Assembly (NCBI GenBank): GCA_973895155.1
Contig: OZ316896.1
Coordinates: 11,732,830 to 11,796,829, forward strand
From: Marsupella aquatica
Taxonomy: Eukaryota; Plantae; Marchantiophyta
Direction of reading: 5' to 3'
DNA length: 64,000 bases
This document shows, piece after piece, positions 37,634-50,299 of the stretch (position 1 is its first letter; each line of letters begins with the position of its first letter). Below the pieces are notes generated by a model. The model was not told the DNA's origin. It saw only the letters and a list, made by a program, of their open reading frames with translations, and did no database searches. The translations under genes were made by a program, and so were the position numbers.

Positions 37634-37663
37634 TTCGCAAAAGGGGCCAATAGTGTAGTAGTG
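37634..37663 (-). repeat. Right terminal inverted repeat of CACTA element
   Basis: ttcgcaaaaggggccaatagtgtagtagtg. Confidence 0.95.
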
Positions 37664-39821
37664 CACCCATTTTTGGGGTCACCACGCATCTGGTGGTCAA
37701 CGCCAATTTTGGGGGCCCATGGCAAGATGGTCACCCATATCCATGTAGTTCTCAGTCATGCGGTGTTTGTCATCCATCCCCATGGTATTTTCACCCATTT
37801 TGTGGTGCTTGCCCATCGAGGAATCTCAATCCACTCTGTATGTCCAACACCCCAAGAATGACATGGTCCCCTTATATATACTTTTGGGGTCATGTGACCC
37901 TTGAACCACTTTTACCCATGTTTTTTTGGCCCCCAACCATGAAATACTCATAAAAGTCCGATGCGAGCGACAACAACTAGACCAACACTGCCATGCATAG
38001 TGTTTGGACTAACTTATGAGGGCGCAAGTGACCAACGGGCGCAAGGGCATCGGCAGAGGTAGGCCTTGGAAGGAGTCATTGGCGTCAAGGCTTTGGGTTT
38101 GGACTAACTTGTAAGGGAATCCAGACGCATTAGGGCCTCCCCGAATGGAAATGAATACGTCAGAGCTCGATGGGTGTGAGGGAGTCTAGGTGATTTAGGG
38201 TCTCCATGAGCATTCAGAGGGAGTCCATGGTTGAGATAAAATACATTCTAATCTAATGGCTATGCTTTCACTCCCGCCCATTTCAAATTTTGTAAGCAAA
38301 CGATTCTCAAAAGATGCGGTGTCGTCGGGTCGAATTATGGAGGAAGAGAATACCATGATTCTGAAATGTTATTACTTGATGGTGGTTTGTGTTTTGAGAG
38401 AGGATTAAATTGAAGAAGAAAGAAGCAATAAGACAAAAGAGGGATGAATGTATTGTGAGGACTTTAAAAGGCTTTTGTGGCATGTTTTATCTTGTTTTGA
38501 CACGTGGCAGCCTGGAAGGATTCAAATTTCTTAAGGACATGGACACATGGCAGTTGAAGGGCGAGGAAGTTAGAGAGGACTTTGGGACTCATGGAAGGAA
38601 GGTTGTTGTTGTTTGCGTGTGTGGAGGGGAGTATATTTTTTGTGGAGTCATGGGAATCAGGGAGCTTGAGGCTAGTGAATGAGGCTTGTGAAGATTTTTG
38701 GAAAAAAGAATGTTGATGAAGAACAAAGAGTGACGGTAGAGGAAGGAGAATTGAGGTAGAAGAATGACATAGGATCAAGAATGGCATCAGGAACAAGGCA
38801 GATCAAGAATATTAGGGAGAGAGTCATCGTGGTAACAAAAATATAGGGGATTGGAGGCTAAGGATGAGATTCAAACTATACAGCGGAGGCAAAGGTAATA
38901 AAAATGAGGATTCAAACAGACTAAAAGAGAGAGAGGATTGCATTGTTGAAAGAGTAGGGTGCCAAGGGGCGGAGAGAATGAGTGTGCTTTACAGAGGTTG
39001 AGAACGGGGAGCGAATGACTAGAGGTGGGAAATTGGACTCAAGAGAGAGAAGATTAGAGGTCAAAGGTAACAAGTTTAATGTTGACAGAAAAGAAGAAGA
39101 AAGTCGAGCACTATTTTGAAGAGTGAAAATTGCATGGAGGAGCACGGGAAGGACTAAACTTCATTACGATGCAAAGAGGAGTACTATGTTAAGCTACATT
39201 GAAATAAGCTTGTGAGAAGTTTATTTGAATGAAGACTAACAAGAGAGATCTGTGAACGAATGAGAGATTGATCAAAGTGTGGACATCCTATTGAGAGCAA
39301 AAATGAAGGGGATTGAACATATTAAAAATGGAAGTCGTGGATGAGGATTCGATAGTAGATGCGAGGAAGAGTGGACCAAGGAAAGGAAATAGCAGAATTT
39401 GACGATGGTGGAATGAAGGTTCTCTACTGAATTGAGAAAAGATTTCCTTGGAAGAAAAAGATCAAGTGCGCAAAGCGAAGGATGATGGTGAAATGAAGAA
39501 TTTATACTGTTAAGAGTTAAAAGGAAAATGCTGAGCTGCATTGCACAAAAATGAGTTGAACTTATCATGGGCTGATTCAGAAGGGGAGAAAACTATGTTG
39601 TGTTGTGAAATGGTTCGATATAGGTTTATGTAAGAAACTTGTCATTTTTTAACTTTTTGAGCAAGGAATAATAAGAAAAACGTTTTAGTGTTAGCAAAGT
39701 ATTTAGGGTTTGCAACTCTAAGTAACTAGGGAAGGCTAGTAGGAAATAATGAAAGGGATAAGATATGATGTTCCAAGAAAGTGTCAAGGGATAAGTAAGG
39801 TCTTTATGGTAGGGTAGCAAA

Positions 39822-42580
39822 TGTTCCGTCCTTAGTTAGAATAGGCGACTAAATTGGGCCAGAAAATGACCCGACACTAGAAGTTTTAGTTTTGGTTAAA
39901 GATTTTTCCCATAGGTGCTAGGAGGTCCTTAGAGCACCCCTGTGAAGTATGACGTCAAGTGGGGTCTCAACCTAGGGTTTCCTTGTGTTTCGGTGGGACT
40001 TAAATTAACAAAATAGCGGGTCCTGGGAAAAATAGCTGATGGGGAAATGTAGGGGTTCCAAGTTGGAAAGTAGGTTAAATATGGTCCATATCCCTGGAAA
40101 CTTGTGGGAGACCTTGGTTACCTTTGCTTACTTTTTGGGAGCATCTCAAAGTTGAGAAGAATTTTGGAAAATATAAGAATTAACCCTCTTTACATAATTG
40201 TAGAAAATAGTTTATAATGTTTTGTGTAGATATTAGTAAACCAGGACATAGTCCTATGTCTAGAGAATCTGTGGATCTCCTCAGAAGTTATTTTGGACTT
40301 ATGTGTGATTTTTGGGGGAGGTCCAAAACGGCCTGGAAATACTTGAGTCTCCCCGGCCTCGTGCTTTAGTCTCCAACAAAAAAATCCAAAAAAAATTCTA
40401 AGTGTCAACCGTGTCGGCGGCGACCACGACTTAAGCACGAGGCCGGGGAGACTTAAGCACGAGGTCAGGAGCACCATAAGGGTTAATGCATGAGATGCTA
40501 ACTTCGAATTGGGATCAAGAGGCAACTACGAAATTGAATTGAGCTGCTATAGCTTCAGGCATGGGATGCTGATCAGAATGGGCTGGCTGCCTCGATGCTG
40601 TTGATTTGAATAGAGCTGCTTGCTATGGAGAAATAGGTTGTTACTGATCAAGAGATGACTGGCTAGCTGTGAGCTATGGTGGGCTACAAAATTGAAGGGC
40701 TGGTAGCTGATCACACTGACTGCTGCACCAGAATTAGAAGAGCTAGCTTTAAGCACGAGATGTTGAGTGTTGTTTGATTAGTAAGCATGCTGCAAGCTCA
40801 ATAGCATTGTTACTTTGCTAGCTACAAAGTTGAGAAGGGTGAGCTATGGCTGGCTGCTAGAGAATAGAGCTAGGCTGCTAGCAAATTGATTGAATGTAGT
40901 AGCAAAAAGACCAACTGCAAGAAAGAAATTAAGAGGGCTAGCTGTGAATTGGTGGGCTATGGCTGCTGCAAAATTATGCTACAATTTTGAATCACTTGCA
41001 AGGCTGGATGGCTATGGAGGTGGACTGAGAAGGCTGCTGTAAACCTGGTTGAGCTATTGATTGACGTGCTGCCATTCGAATCCAACAGAGATGTTGTCGT
41101 TTCAGATTGAATTCAAGAGAGAGGAAAATGACTACAAAAATTGATGTCCTTATCAAATTCTTCATAAGAAACGTGAGTATAATGAGAGTACTCTCCCCTC
41201 ATGATACGTGGAATCTCCATAAGGGGCATGTAAATAAATGTAATCGTGACGTGGTTTACATCTATTTTATATTCAAATGAAAACTGGCATAACTTTGGTT
41301 AGGGGTATCCGTTGGGGCCCAAATGTTTTTGTGTTGAGTAAGGGGAAGGTAAGGCACCCCTTGGTGAAGTTGGAAACCCATAAAATAACCACCCAAATAT
41401 ATTTTTAGCCACGAGGGGGTCCCGATACCTTGCAAACCGGAGCCGACATAGCGGAATGAACACCAGATTTAGGGACTGACCTTTCTCGCACCCATACCAA
41501 TTTAGTTAGGCTCTAGGGAAGGGTACTTATCTTTCGTCAAGGGTGTAAGGCCATAAAGGTAAGAGAAGTAAGTATAGGGGGTAGTTTACTTAGGATAATA
41601 AAAGGATTACAAGTAAAATAAGGCCAACTTTGACTAGGCATAACTTGAGACTCACTCACTTTTTTTGCGAGCTTTCAAGTGGGTTGGAAATCTGGTGAGC
41701 AGGACCATAATTGACTCATGTGTGACATATTCCAGGGCTTGGAGGGAGGCAAAATAGCAAGTAGTAGGGTGGGCTATGAACTATAGAGTTGGACTTTGTG
41801 TGTTAGGAGGACTTGGAGGAGGTATAGTTGGACCCCAAGTTGAGCTTGGTGTGGTGTGGAAGGAGTATAGTATAAAAGAAGAAAGTTTTCCTTTGTTAGG
41901 GATCGGGAGTCTCATCTCTTAAGTGGAATCTCTACCTTGCCAAGGTAGGGCTAAGCTTGAGAAGAGACAGGTGGTCCATGCTTAGTGTGGAGAATGTGTA
42001 GTGAAATTTTATTGTAAGGATTGAGTATGCAATGAAAGGAGTCTTCCCAATATTCATTGTGACCAGTAAGTGTGCGAGAATTTGAAGTGTATGAGAGCAA
42101 GAGAAGAGTCCATGTTTGGGTGCAATCTTGGTCTAAGCTTGAAGGGGATGTGATGGTACACAACCAAGGCCAGGGAGGCAAGATTAAGGTGGAGCACTAC
42201 TTTGGGACTTAGAGAGGATTGTACCTTGAGGATGGAAAGTACCTTGCATTGAGTGAGAACAAGAGGGAAGAGTCCTTAGAGAGAAGAGTTATCTCTAAGA
42301 GCTCAAAGGGGATATGTGGGCCCAAACCAAGGCCAGGGGGCAAGGTTAAAGGGTAACACTACTTTGAGGGTCTAAGGGGGACTTAACCTTGAAGGGGAAA
42401 GTACTTTGGGTTTTTGGGTGTTTGTGTGAGAATCTACTCTAAGGTGATAGCTTGGAGCGAAGACCCCCCTTCCTGATCCTTGGAGAAGAGGATAGGGGAA
42501 GGGTGTGAGTGCAAAAGTAGTCAAGGGGACTACCTCTCTAGAAGTGGAGAGTTGAAATTACTTATATATAGAGTGATTAG
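39822..42580 (+). mobile_element. Probable LTR-derived non-coding fragment
   Basis: TG start, TATA-like tatagtataaaag at ~41866 and internally duplicated segments at 41930-42420; no TSD or end found. Confidence 0.3.
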
Positions 42581-42761
42581 ACATTGCAAGCATATTTCAA
42601 AAGTTTTGTCAATCCTTTATGACTCTGGTATGATATGGAGCAGGTATTAGGTAGTTTTTTGGGGAGAAAAACCACTTAAGCTCCTTGACAAGTGTTTGAC
42701 ATGCGTGAAATACAGAGAAATTTTTGTGAGAGGTGAAGGATCAAAACACAAAATGGATGGT

Positions 42762-45700
42762 TGTCAGACCCTCGCTTATGAGCTAATAAGCCTTATTGTA
42801 CTAAAAGCTTGCACTTGATAGCTCTTTATCACCAGGAACTACGGGAGAGACGCTCCATAAGAAGGAACTACCTCTATTTTCATTAAGCCTTTGCTTCTTC
42901 TTGAGACTGTGCAAATGTATTTGGTTTCCGTCACCAAAAATGGATATTCTTTGGTTTCCACCGCTGGAAATGTCCCCCTACCCGGCAAGACAACTAATCT
43001 AGGTCTCCCCTACCCAAAGAGAAGACTTTTGGACTAACAAGATCATATAAGCAACATGCTAGACCACAAGGGCCTCAAGATTTCAGATGAGTGCACATCA
43101 ACAATTTCTTTCCCAAAAACGCGCTGAAATTTCATAAGAATTTCAAAGGAAGTACATGGGTAGGTTGTCACTACCTACTTGCTCTACTTTAGCTTCTTCA
43201 ACTCCTACTACTTAACACTATGGTCCTTTCAAGTCTCAAGGCATACACTTGAGTTCTAGTACCCCTAGAATATCTACCTTAGTTCCCCTAAGGTCTCTTA
43301 GTGCTACTCCTTGATTCTCCATACTTGAACCCACACAAAGTAACTCACACCAACTTAAGTACTCCTTGCTTGGCTCCAACTCATCACAAAGTCCAAAACC
43401 ACCCCAAAGGCCAGCAAGTGACTCACCACTAAAAAAAAAGACCAGCCCACCTTTCAAGGGGGTCAAAGATCCTTAATTATCCACCTAACTATCTCACTAA
43501 CTCACTTGTTTGTCTTACCTAACTAATGAGCTAGTTGGTGACCTTTTGAAAACCTAAATCAACTCCTTGATTTCAGCCCTTCATTCAGGTCCACCTCACC
43601 TCCTGACTTGGCTGTCCTATCCCTCCAAATCAGGGACTAAGTCAGCCCCCAAAGTACAGTCATCCCTATCCACAAAATAGTTCTAAAAATAGTAGAGGGA
43701 TCAACTTCCAACATTGGCCCTCCAAGTTCCTCCAAAGTCTCCATGTAACTCAGGTCCTTAGGTACCCTCCATGTTGGCTTTAAGGACTCCACTCCTTAAC
43801 CTCCTTATTCCTGGACTCCAGAACCAGCCTAGGTCCCCTTGACATGAAAGAGCCCTTCTCCAGGCCTCACCCATCCGATTAGGGCCTTGCGAATGACCCA
43901 AGCATGGTACTTCCTTACCGTACTGGTTAGTGGCTTAGTAATCTGGTTGTCCTCTCTGAAATGCTTGAGGTACACCTTGGTGAAAGCCCTCAGATTTGAA
44001 CTTCTGCCCCTCTTGTCCACCTTTGAGCAAGCTAGGTATTGGGCCAGCCAAATGTCGGGGTCGGCATTTGCTCTCCCATGCTTACTCCACAAGGTGAACT
44101 TAGCCTTGTGGACCAGGGGAGGAAAATGCTGATCCCTCTTGGATCAGGAACTCTGGGATCAGCCATGCACTTTGATTGTAGTCCCACTTGACCTCCTTTT
44201 AGAGCCTTACCACAATCGAAACCTCTCAAGTAGCTGGCAATATCAAACTGTTATACAACCTGACTTCCAAGAGAATCTTAGTGAACTCCCAATCCTCCTA
44301 GCTTGTGCCAGCCTCTAGCCACCGTCGATAGCTTTTCAATGCATTTAAAAGTACTCCGATTGAGTCTAAACTAAGCGAGTTATTCAGGTTTCAGCAGAAC
44401 CCATCGATATTGTCACTTTAAACTAGGGTCAACCTTATCTCAAGGCTTAGTTACTGGTGTAAACTCGGTTTGCCTGACCCTGCATGTGTAAACTCAGGTG
44501 TACAAAGCCAAATAGTAACCCCGTGAGACTACAAACGTAAAGGCCCAGTACTCCTATGAAATACAAGCCCTGTGAAATATAAGCCCTGGTCTTGACAATA
44601 AGTGCATGGGTGAACGGAGAGAAAGAACTCATGGAAATAGGAGAATGAATGCTTCCAATCTATGGCAGAGTCGACTGCCTGATTCAGTTTAGAGCAAGGA
44701 GAGAACTAAGCTAGGACTTAGAGAACTGAACTTGTTTGAAGGGATCGTGGCTTATTTGAAGGAAGTCTGGCTGGTGCTTCCGTTCATACCAGCCCTTCAT
44801 TCTCACAAAAATATCTCCCTTCCATGTGTTCCTCTCTCTACTGCCGGTTGACCTTGGTAGCATTCAATTCCTGAGTTCAAAGAGCAGCCATTCTAATTTC
44901 AGAAATATCTCTATGGACTTGATCCTGCATTCAATTCCTGAAGTCCAAAGAGCAGTCATTCTAATTTCAGAAATATATCTATGGACTTGATCCTGCATTC
45001 AATTCTTGAAGTCCAAAGAGCAGCCATTCTAATTTCAGAAATATATTTATGGACTTGATCCTGCATTCAATTCTTGAAGTCCAAAGAGCAGCCATTCTAA
45101 TTTCAGAAATATATCTATGGACTTGATCATACATTCAATTCCTGAAGTTAAGGGCCACAGCTCAGATTCTTGTCAATCACCCTAGCTGAGGAAATGGTCT
45201 TCTAGCTGTCCACGGTTGCCACCTCGAAGTTCCCCTATAGAAGGTGCAAGTTGATTTCGCCTGAAGAGCCCCCTTGTTAACAGTCGATGACTTCTCCTTT
45301 CTGTAAAATATTCTCTCTGATTCAGAAATTTCAATCTTCTCTATTAATTTCCCTTCCAGCCTTTGCTTTCCCTTCGATCTCCTCCTTTAATTCGTGCTCC
45401 AAAATTTCCTCTTCTAGTTCAGGTCTTCTGATTCTCCTTGAGCCCAGCATTCCAGCCCAGTTCTTCTTACTTGATTTGGTGGAGTATTGGCTCTCCATTC
45501 AGCTGCAGCGTTGAGCTCCATTCTCCCTTCAATTTCACTTTGATTTTTGCTCTATTGAATTCTGGGCTCGACACCTAGCCTTAGCTAGCTCTTTTACATT
45601 GTAACCCTGCCCTTTACAGATGTAAATGAGTCCACCACATTTCTCTACACAGCTAAATTACCCCTTTGTATGCACAAAGAACATTCCTCCCTTTAAGTCT

Positions 45701-46402
45701 CCCTTTAAGTGCTACTTATGGCATTTAACATTAGCCATCTTTGCCTATAGCTCAAAACTCACTCATAAGAAAACAAACTATTATGAACATACTCCTGGAT
45801 TTCCTAGCCCTAGGGCTTCCTAAAAAAATTCTTAGAATTGATATATAACTAAAGTTGGCTTTTCTATAATTGTTCAAAGTCTGCAATCCATCATAATTCA
45901 TAGGTACTTTTACAGAATTCGGACCACTCCCAAAACGTATCTATAAGTCCAAAACTAGGTTTAGTAATTCTAAGGGATAGTGTTAGGTATAGTAACACCA
46001 TGGCTAGCCTTCAAAATACATTTGTTGCTCTCTGGCTATTTTCCCTAGGTCCTGCAAGTTGGCTATTTTAAGTTTTGTTCCACTGTAAATAGCTTCTAAT
46101 TGAACGGTCAAAATGACTTGCACTTTTACAAGGGTTCTCCAAGGCCTGCCTAGAACCTTCAGAAAAAATCTCAGCCTAAATTACAAACTCTAAGGATCTG
46201 ATTACCTATCTAATCCACTAATCCACTATTAAGTTAACCGTGGTTTAAACTAATGAAACTTTTTTACTCTGCTTTACTGAAGAGAGTTTACTTCAGTTTC
46301 ACTTCTGCTTCCCACTCATTTACAGGCATAATATGCTTACTTAGAACAAAAAATAAAAAATCTAACCTAAACTAATTTAACCCACTAATTGAGCGGCTCA
46401 CA
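42762..46402 (-). repeat. 3' LTR (~3.64 kb)
   Basis: Bounded by the PPT and the TSD; its first ~200 bp (46205-46402) are repeated at 53560-53757. Confidence 0.85.
44861..45148. repeat. 68-bp tandem repeat x~4.2 within LTR
   Basis: cattcaattc...aaagagcagccattctaatttcagaaatat...atggacttgatc starts at 44861, 44928, 44996, 45064 and 45132. Confidence 0.92.
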
Positions 46403-46439
46403 TAGCCCCCGTCTCAATTGTGAAGCGTCCTCGCAAACA

Positions 46440-47540
46440 CTAAACTCCCATGTGATACTTCTTGAGCTGATCAAAGTGTACCCTGACTGGATAAACTTCA
46501 CCCTCCAATGTTGGCAGTTGGACTGAGCCATTCTGAAAAACAGTATGCACAATGTATGGCCCCAACCAGCGAGTATGAAGCTTACCCGGGAAATGGACAT
46601 AGCGAGAATCATATAGCAAGACCAAGTCACCAGTATGTAGTGCGGTGGGCTTGATCTTCTTGTCATGATATTTCTTTGCAAGCTGCTGTTGATGCTCCAA
46701 GCGCTCGCTGGCATGCTCCCTAGTCTCCTCCAATCTCTCCAGTTGGCATGTTCTCTCCTTTAGACTTTAACCCGCCGGCATTCTATCTTCCAAAGTGACT
46801 CTCAAGGAAGGCACTTCAAATTCAACCGGTACAAGAGCGTGTTGTCCAAAAACCAGGAAGTATGGCGTCTGACCTGTTGTGGTCTTGTAGGCCAGGTTGT
46901 AAGCATACACTGCCAAATAGAGCTTGACGTCCCAATCAGTCTTGTGAGATGCCACCGTCTTGTTGAGAATTTTGCCAATGATTCCATTAGCTCTTTCTGT
47001 CAGACCGTTAGCCTTCGGATGATAAGGAGTGGTCTTTCGGTGCTTCACCCAGTACTGGTTGGTAAGCTCCTCGATAGTTGTATTCAAGAAATGGGTCCCC
47101 CGATCACTCACTAGTTCTAAGGGTGGTCCAAATCTACAGAAAATCTGCTCATATAGAAATCTGGCCACTGTTTTGGCATCGTCCCTTGCTGTTGGTCTAG
47201 CTTCTACCCACTTGGTAGCATAATCAGTAGCTAGCAGGATGTATCTATTCTTGCGACTCTTAGTGACTGGGGTGATTGGACCAATGAAGTCAATACCCCA
47301 CTTCTCAAAAGGAGCTAGAGGCAAAATTGGAGTAAGAGGATGATGTTGCGAGAAAGCTGGTTTACCTGTCCGTTGGCAGGGGTCACAAGCCCTGATAAAC
47401 AACTGAACATCCTTGTGCAAAGTAGGCCACCAATAACCAGCACCCATGACCTTCCTTGATGTGGTTGCTGCTGCAAAATGTCCTCCGGCCTCTTCTTCAT
47501 GTAAAGCTCTTATCACTACCTCTACTTCCTTCTTCTCCAA
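46440..47540 (-). pseudogene. Gypsy integrase
   Basis: LHEEEAGGHF...CDPCQ zinc motif; WGIDFIGP, VSDRGTHF, NGLTERAN catalytic triad; WLGPY motif. Confidence 0.93.
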
Positions 47541-47564
47541 GCATCTCCTGATCGTTCCATCAAC

Positions 47565-48848
47565 TCATTCCTTGTGTAGCACTCCCTTGATCAGCATGTA
47601 GGGTCTGGTCTTTCTCAAAAAGACAGCAGCAACCTCTTGGGTCATCTCCCTTGGCATCCTTGCCGAGGATAGAAACTCGATGATATCCTTATACCAGGTT
47701 GGTGGGTTGAGATTGACTTGGAACAAGTCCTCATCAGGGAATTGATCATCAATCACCTTCTCATTTGCTTGTCCTTCAATCCTGGAGAAAAAATCAGCAT
47801 TTGTGTGTTGCTTACCTGGCCGCACCCGGATCTCATAGTCAAATTCTTGGAGTAGTAGCATCCACCTTGCCACTCTCCCAGTCAAATCAGGTTTGTTGAC
47901 CATATATTTCAGAGCATTATGGTCAGTGTGAAATACTACCTTGTAGCCCAGCAAGTAGTGTCGAAACTTCTTGCACGAGTAGACTATCCCTAGAGCTTCT
48001 TGATCGGTAGCAGAATAGTTCTTTTCAGCAGCAGCTAGGAGTCTACTTGCAAAATAGATGGGATGATCTCTGCCATTGTTATCAAGTTGACTGAGAACTA
48101 CTCCAATACAAAAGCTAGAGACATCAACAAAGACATGGAATGCCTTGTTCCAATCAGGTACCATCAAAATGGGAGCTTCTACGAGCTTTTGCTTCAGTTG
48201 GTTGAAACTTGCTATCCTCTCAGGTGTAGGCTCAAAATCAGAGTCTAATTTCAGCATGGAAGTCATTGGGAAAGCGATGTTTGCAAACTCTTGAATGAAC
48301 CGTCGATAGTAGCCAACACAGCCTAGAAAACCCTTGACCTCGGTAATAGTAGTTGGAAAAAGAATGGCTAACCAAACAGCCACTTTATCCAGGTCTACTT
48401 CAATTCCACACTTGGAAACCTTGTGCCCCAACAAGATACCCTCACTTACTCCAAAGAAGCACTTGCCTGGATGTAATTTGAGACCGGTTTCTCTGCAACG
48501 CTGGAAGGTTTGTCTCAAGTAGTTGACATGGTCCACAGCCTTCCCATAAACAGCAAAGTCGTCAATGAAAACCTCCAGAAATATCCGCAAAAAGTCATGG
48601 AAAATGTTCATCATCAATCGCTAGAACATTCCTGGCGCATTACAAAGACCAAACGGCATTCTACGAAAGGCAAAGACTCCCCACTCAGTTGTAAAGGCAG
48701 TCTTGAGTTGATCCTCTGGTTGGATCCAAATCTGATTATAGCCTGAGTAACCATCCATGAAACTATAGACCTCCCACCCAGCAACAATGTCTAGTATCAT
48801 ATCCGTGAACGGAATGGGATAATGATCTTTCATGGTGGCCTCATTCAA
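47565..48848 (-). pseudogene. Gypsy reverse transcriptase/RNase H
   Basis: KDHYPIPF, DGYSGYNQI, MPFGLCNAP, FIDDF, VFVDVS, EKNYS, TDHNAL, NADFFSR. Confidence 0.95.
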
Positions 48849-50299
48849 CTAGTACATTTTACCTCCTTTTTCTGATTCTCTCCACATCGGACACCTTTGT
48901 AAAATAAAATTTGAAAAACCATATATCCGATACTACTAGCATCGCAACATGCCATTTTAATAGTATCGGATATCGACAATCGAACTTCTATAGGAAAGTC
49001 CGATGGTGGGAGAATGGAAAAGTCCGATGCTAGGAGAATGAGAAAGTTCGAAGCAATCAAAATGGGATATGCATTTCAGCGGATGTGACATGCTCAGGTC
49101 ACCCATCTCTTCCTTTAATTGGGTTTCTACTTTCATTTGGAACTATGAGCTAGGTGCCCATCTCCCTTGACATGTCAACTCGTCAAATTTTCTCAACTAA
49201 TTGGTCACCCATCCCAATTGCTATTCCTCCAACATGAGCTTAACTATGTGGTTCTTATTCCTTACATTGTACATGCAAGCTTAGCACTTTTGTTGTTTGA
49301 CTTAGAGTGTTTGGGGATTTTATACACTTGTGAATTTACTAAGACCCATAATTTGGACCCATTCTTGATCCATTTTTCTCTATCATGAGATTAGATCTTT
49401 GCATCAAGTGACCTATTCTAGTTACCCTGTTACATTCCCCTAGGAGAAACCAATAGAAATTTGGCAGGGGTCATTCGTCGATAGTTAAGCCCTCCTTCAT
49501 TTGATTTGATATGGGATAGTTATGGCTTATTAGTTATGGATGATATTTTGGTCTTTCCAAAGCCTCAACGGCAATGGCTCCTGATTGTCTCATCTTTATC
49601 AACTATGTTATTGTTGGACTTGCAACAAAGACTACATGATGGGACAAGCAATCTCCTTCTAGATGATGTATTTTGGACTTGGCATGTTGAGCACATATTT
49701 CTGTAAGGGTTAACAGTATGTTGGGTCTTGGAATTGAAGGAGACAAAAACAACACTCAAGTCCATTTGCCTCAAGTATGAAGTTATTCATGCATGCAAGA
49801 ATGATTGCATCTTTTGGGAAGAGTATGTCGGTGCAACCACATACCCCATCTAACACATCAAAAATTTTCATTCTAACACAATCAAAATTTGTCTTTTTGC
49901 CACAACCAGACTTTCCCATACTCCCAGCATCGGACTTTCCCATTCTCCTAGCATCGGACTTTCCCATGTTAGCACAATCGGATATAATATTCGTTCTTAT
50001 TAACTACGGAACTTTTCCGATCAATATTGTAACGCACATCATTTTCATTACAAAAAACATCGGACATATCAATCAAAGTTTTTGTTGAGGGATCCGATGT
50101 GTTTTCTAACAGATATGATCCGTTTTTTAATGCATTGGAAAGGTTCCGTTGTCAATTATATCGGAAATGAAGATATCTGAAGCCGAGAATATGGCATGTT
50201 GCCATTTTGTGATAATCGGAATTTCTGATGCTAAAAGAATCGGACGTCGATTGTTCGCAAAAAATTGAGCATCGGAAATCAGCTTAATATGTACTAGTG
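48849..50299. mobile_element. Non-autonomous ~1.45-kb TIR element (CACTA-like) interrupting RT
   Basis: Ends are (a)ACTAGTACAT and ATGTACTAGTG, with many tccgatg/catcgga subterminal repeats. It splits QDYR|LNEAT. The left end is slightly damaged and the TSD is unclear. Confidence 0.7.

Larger units (their letters stand above)
1..37663 (-). mobile_element. CACTA (En/Spm) DNA transposon, ~10.1 kb once three nested insertions are removed
   Basis: Left end is CACTACTACATATCGGCCCCTTTTGCGAA. The reverse complement of the right end (to 37663) is CACTACTACACTATTGGCCCCTTTTGCGAA. TCGCA/TGCGA-rich subterminal repeats occur at both ends, and there is an internal CACTA transposase. The right flank is CAC; the left 3-bp TSD lies outside the window. 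Confidence 0.95.

Noticed and set aside
38000-39820. Degraded retroelement coding remnants (also 53760-55000)
   Set aside because: Purine-rich and TE-like but no recognisable motif could be recovered.
44861-45148. CRISPR-like array
   Set aside because: Units are contiguous near-identical 68-mers with no unique spacers, inside a eukaryotic LTR.
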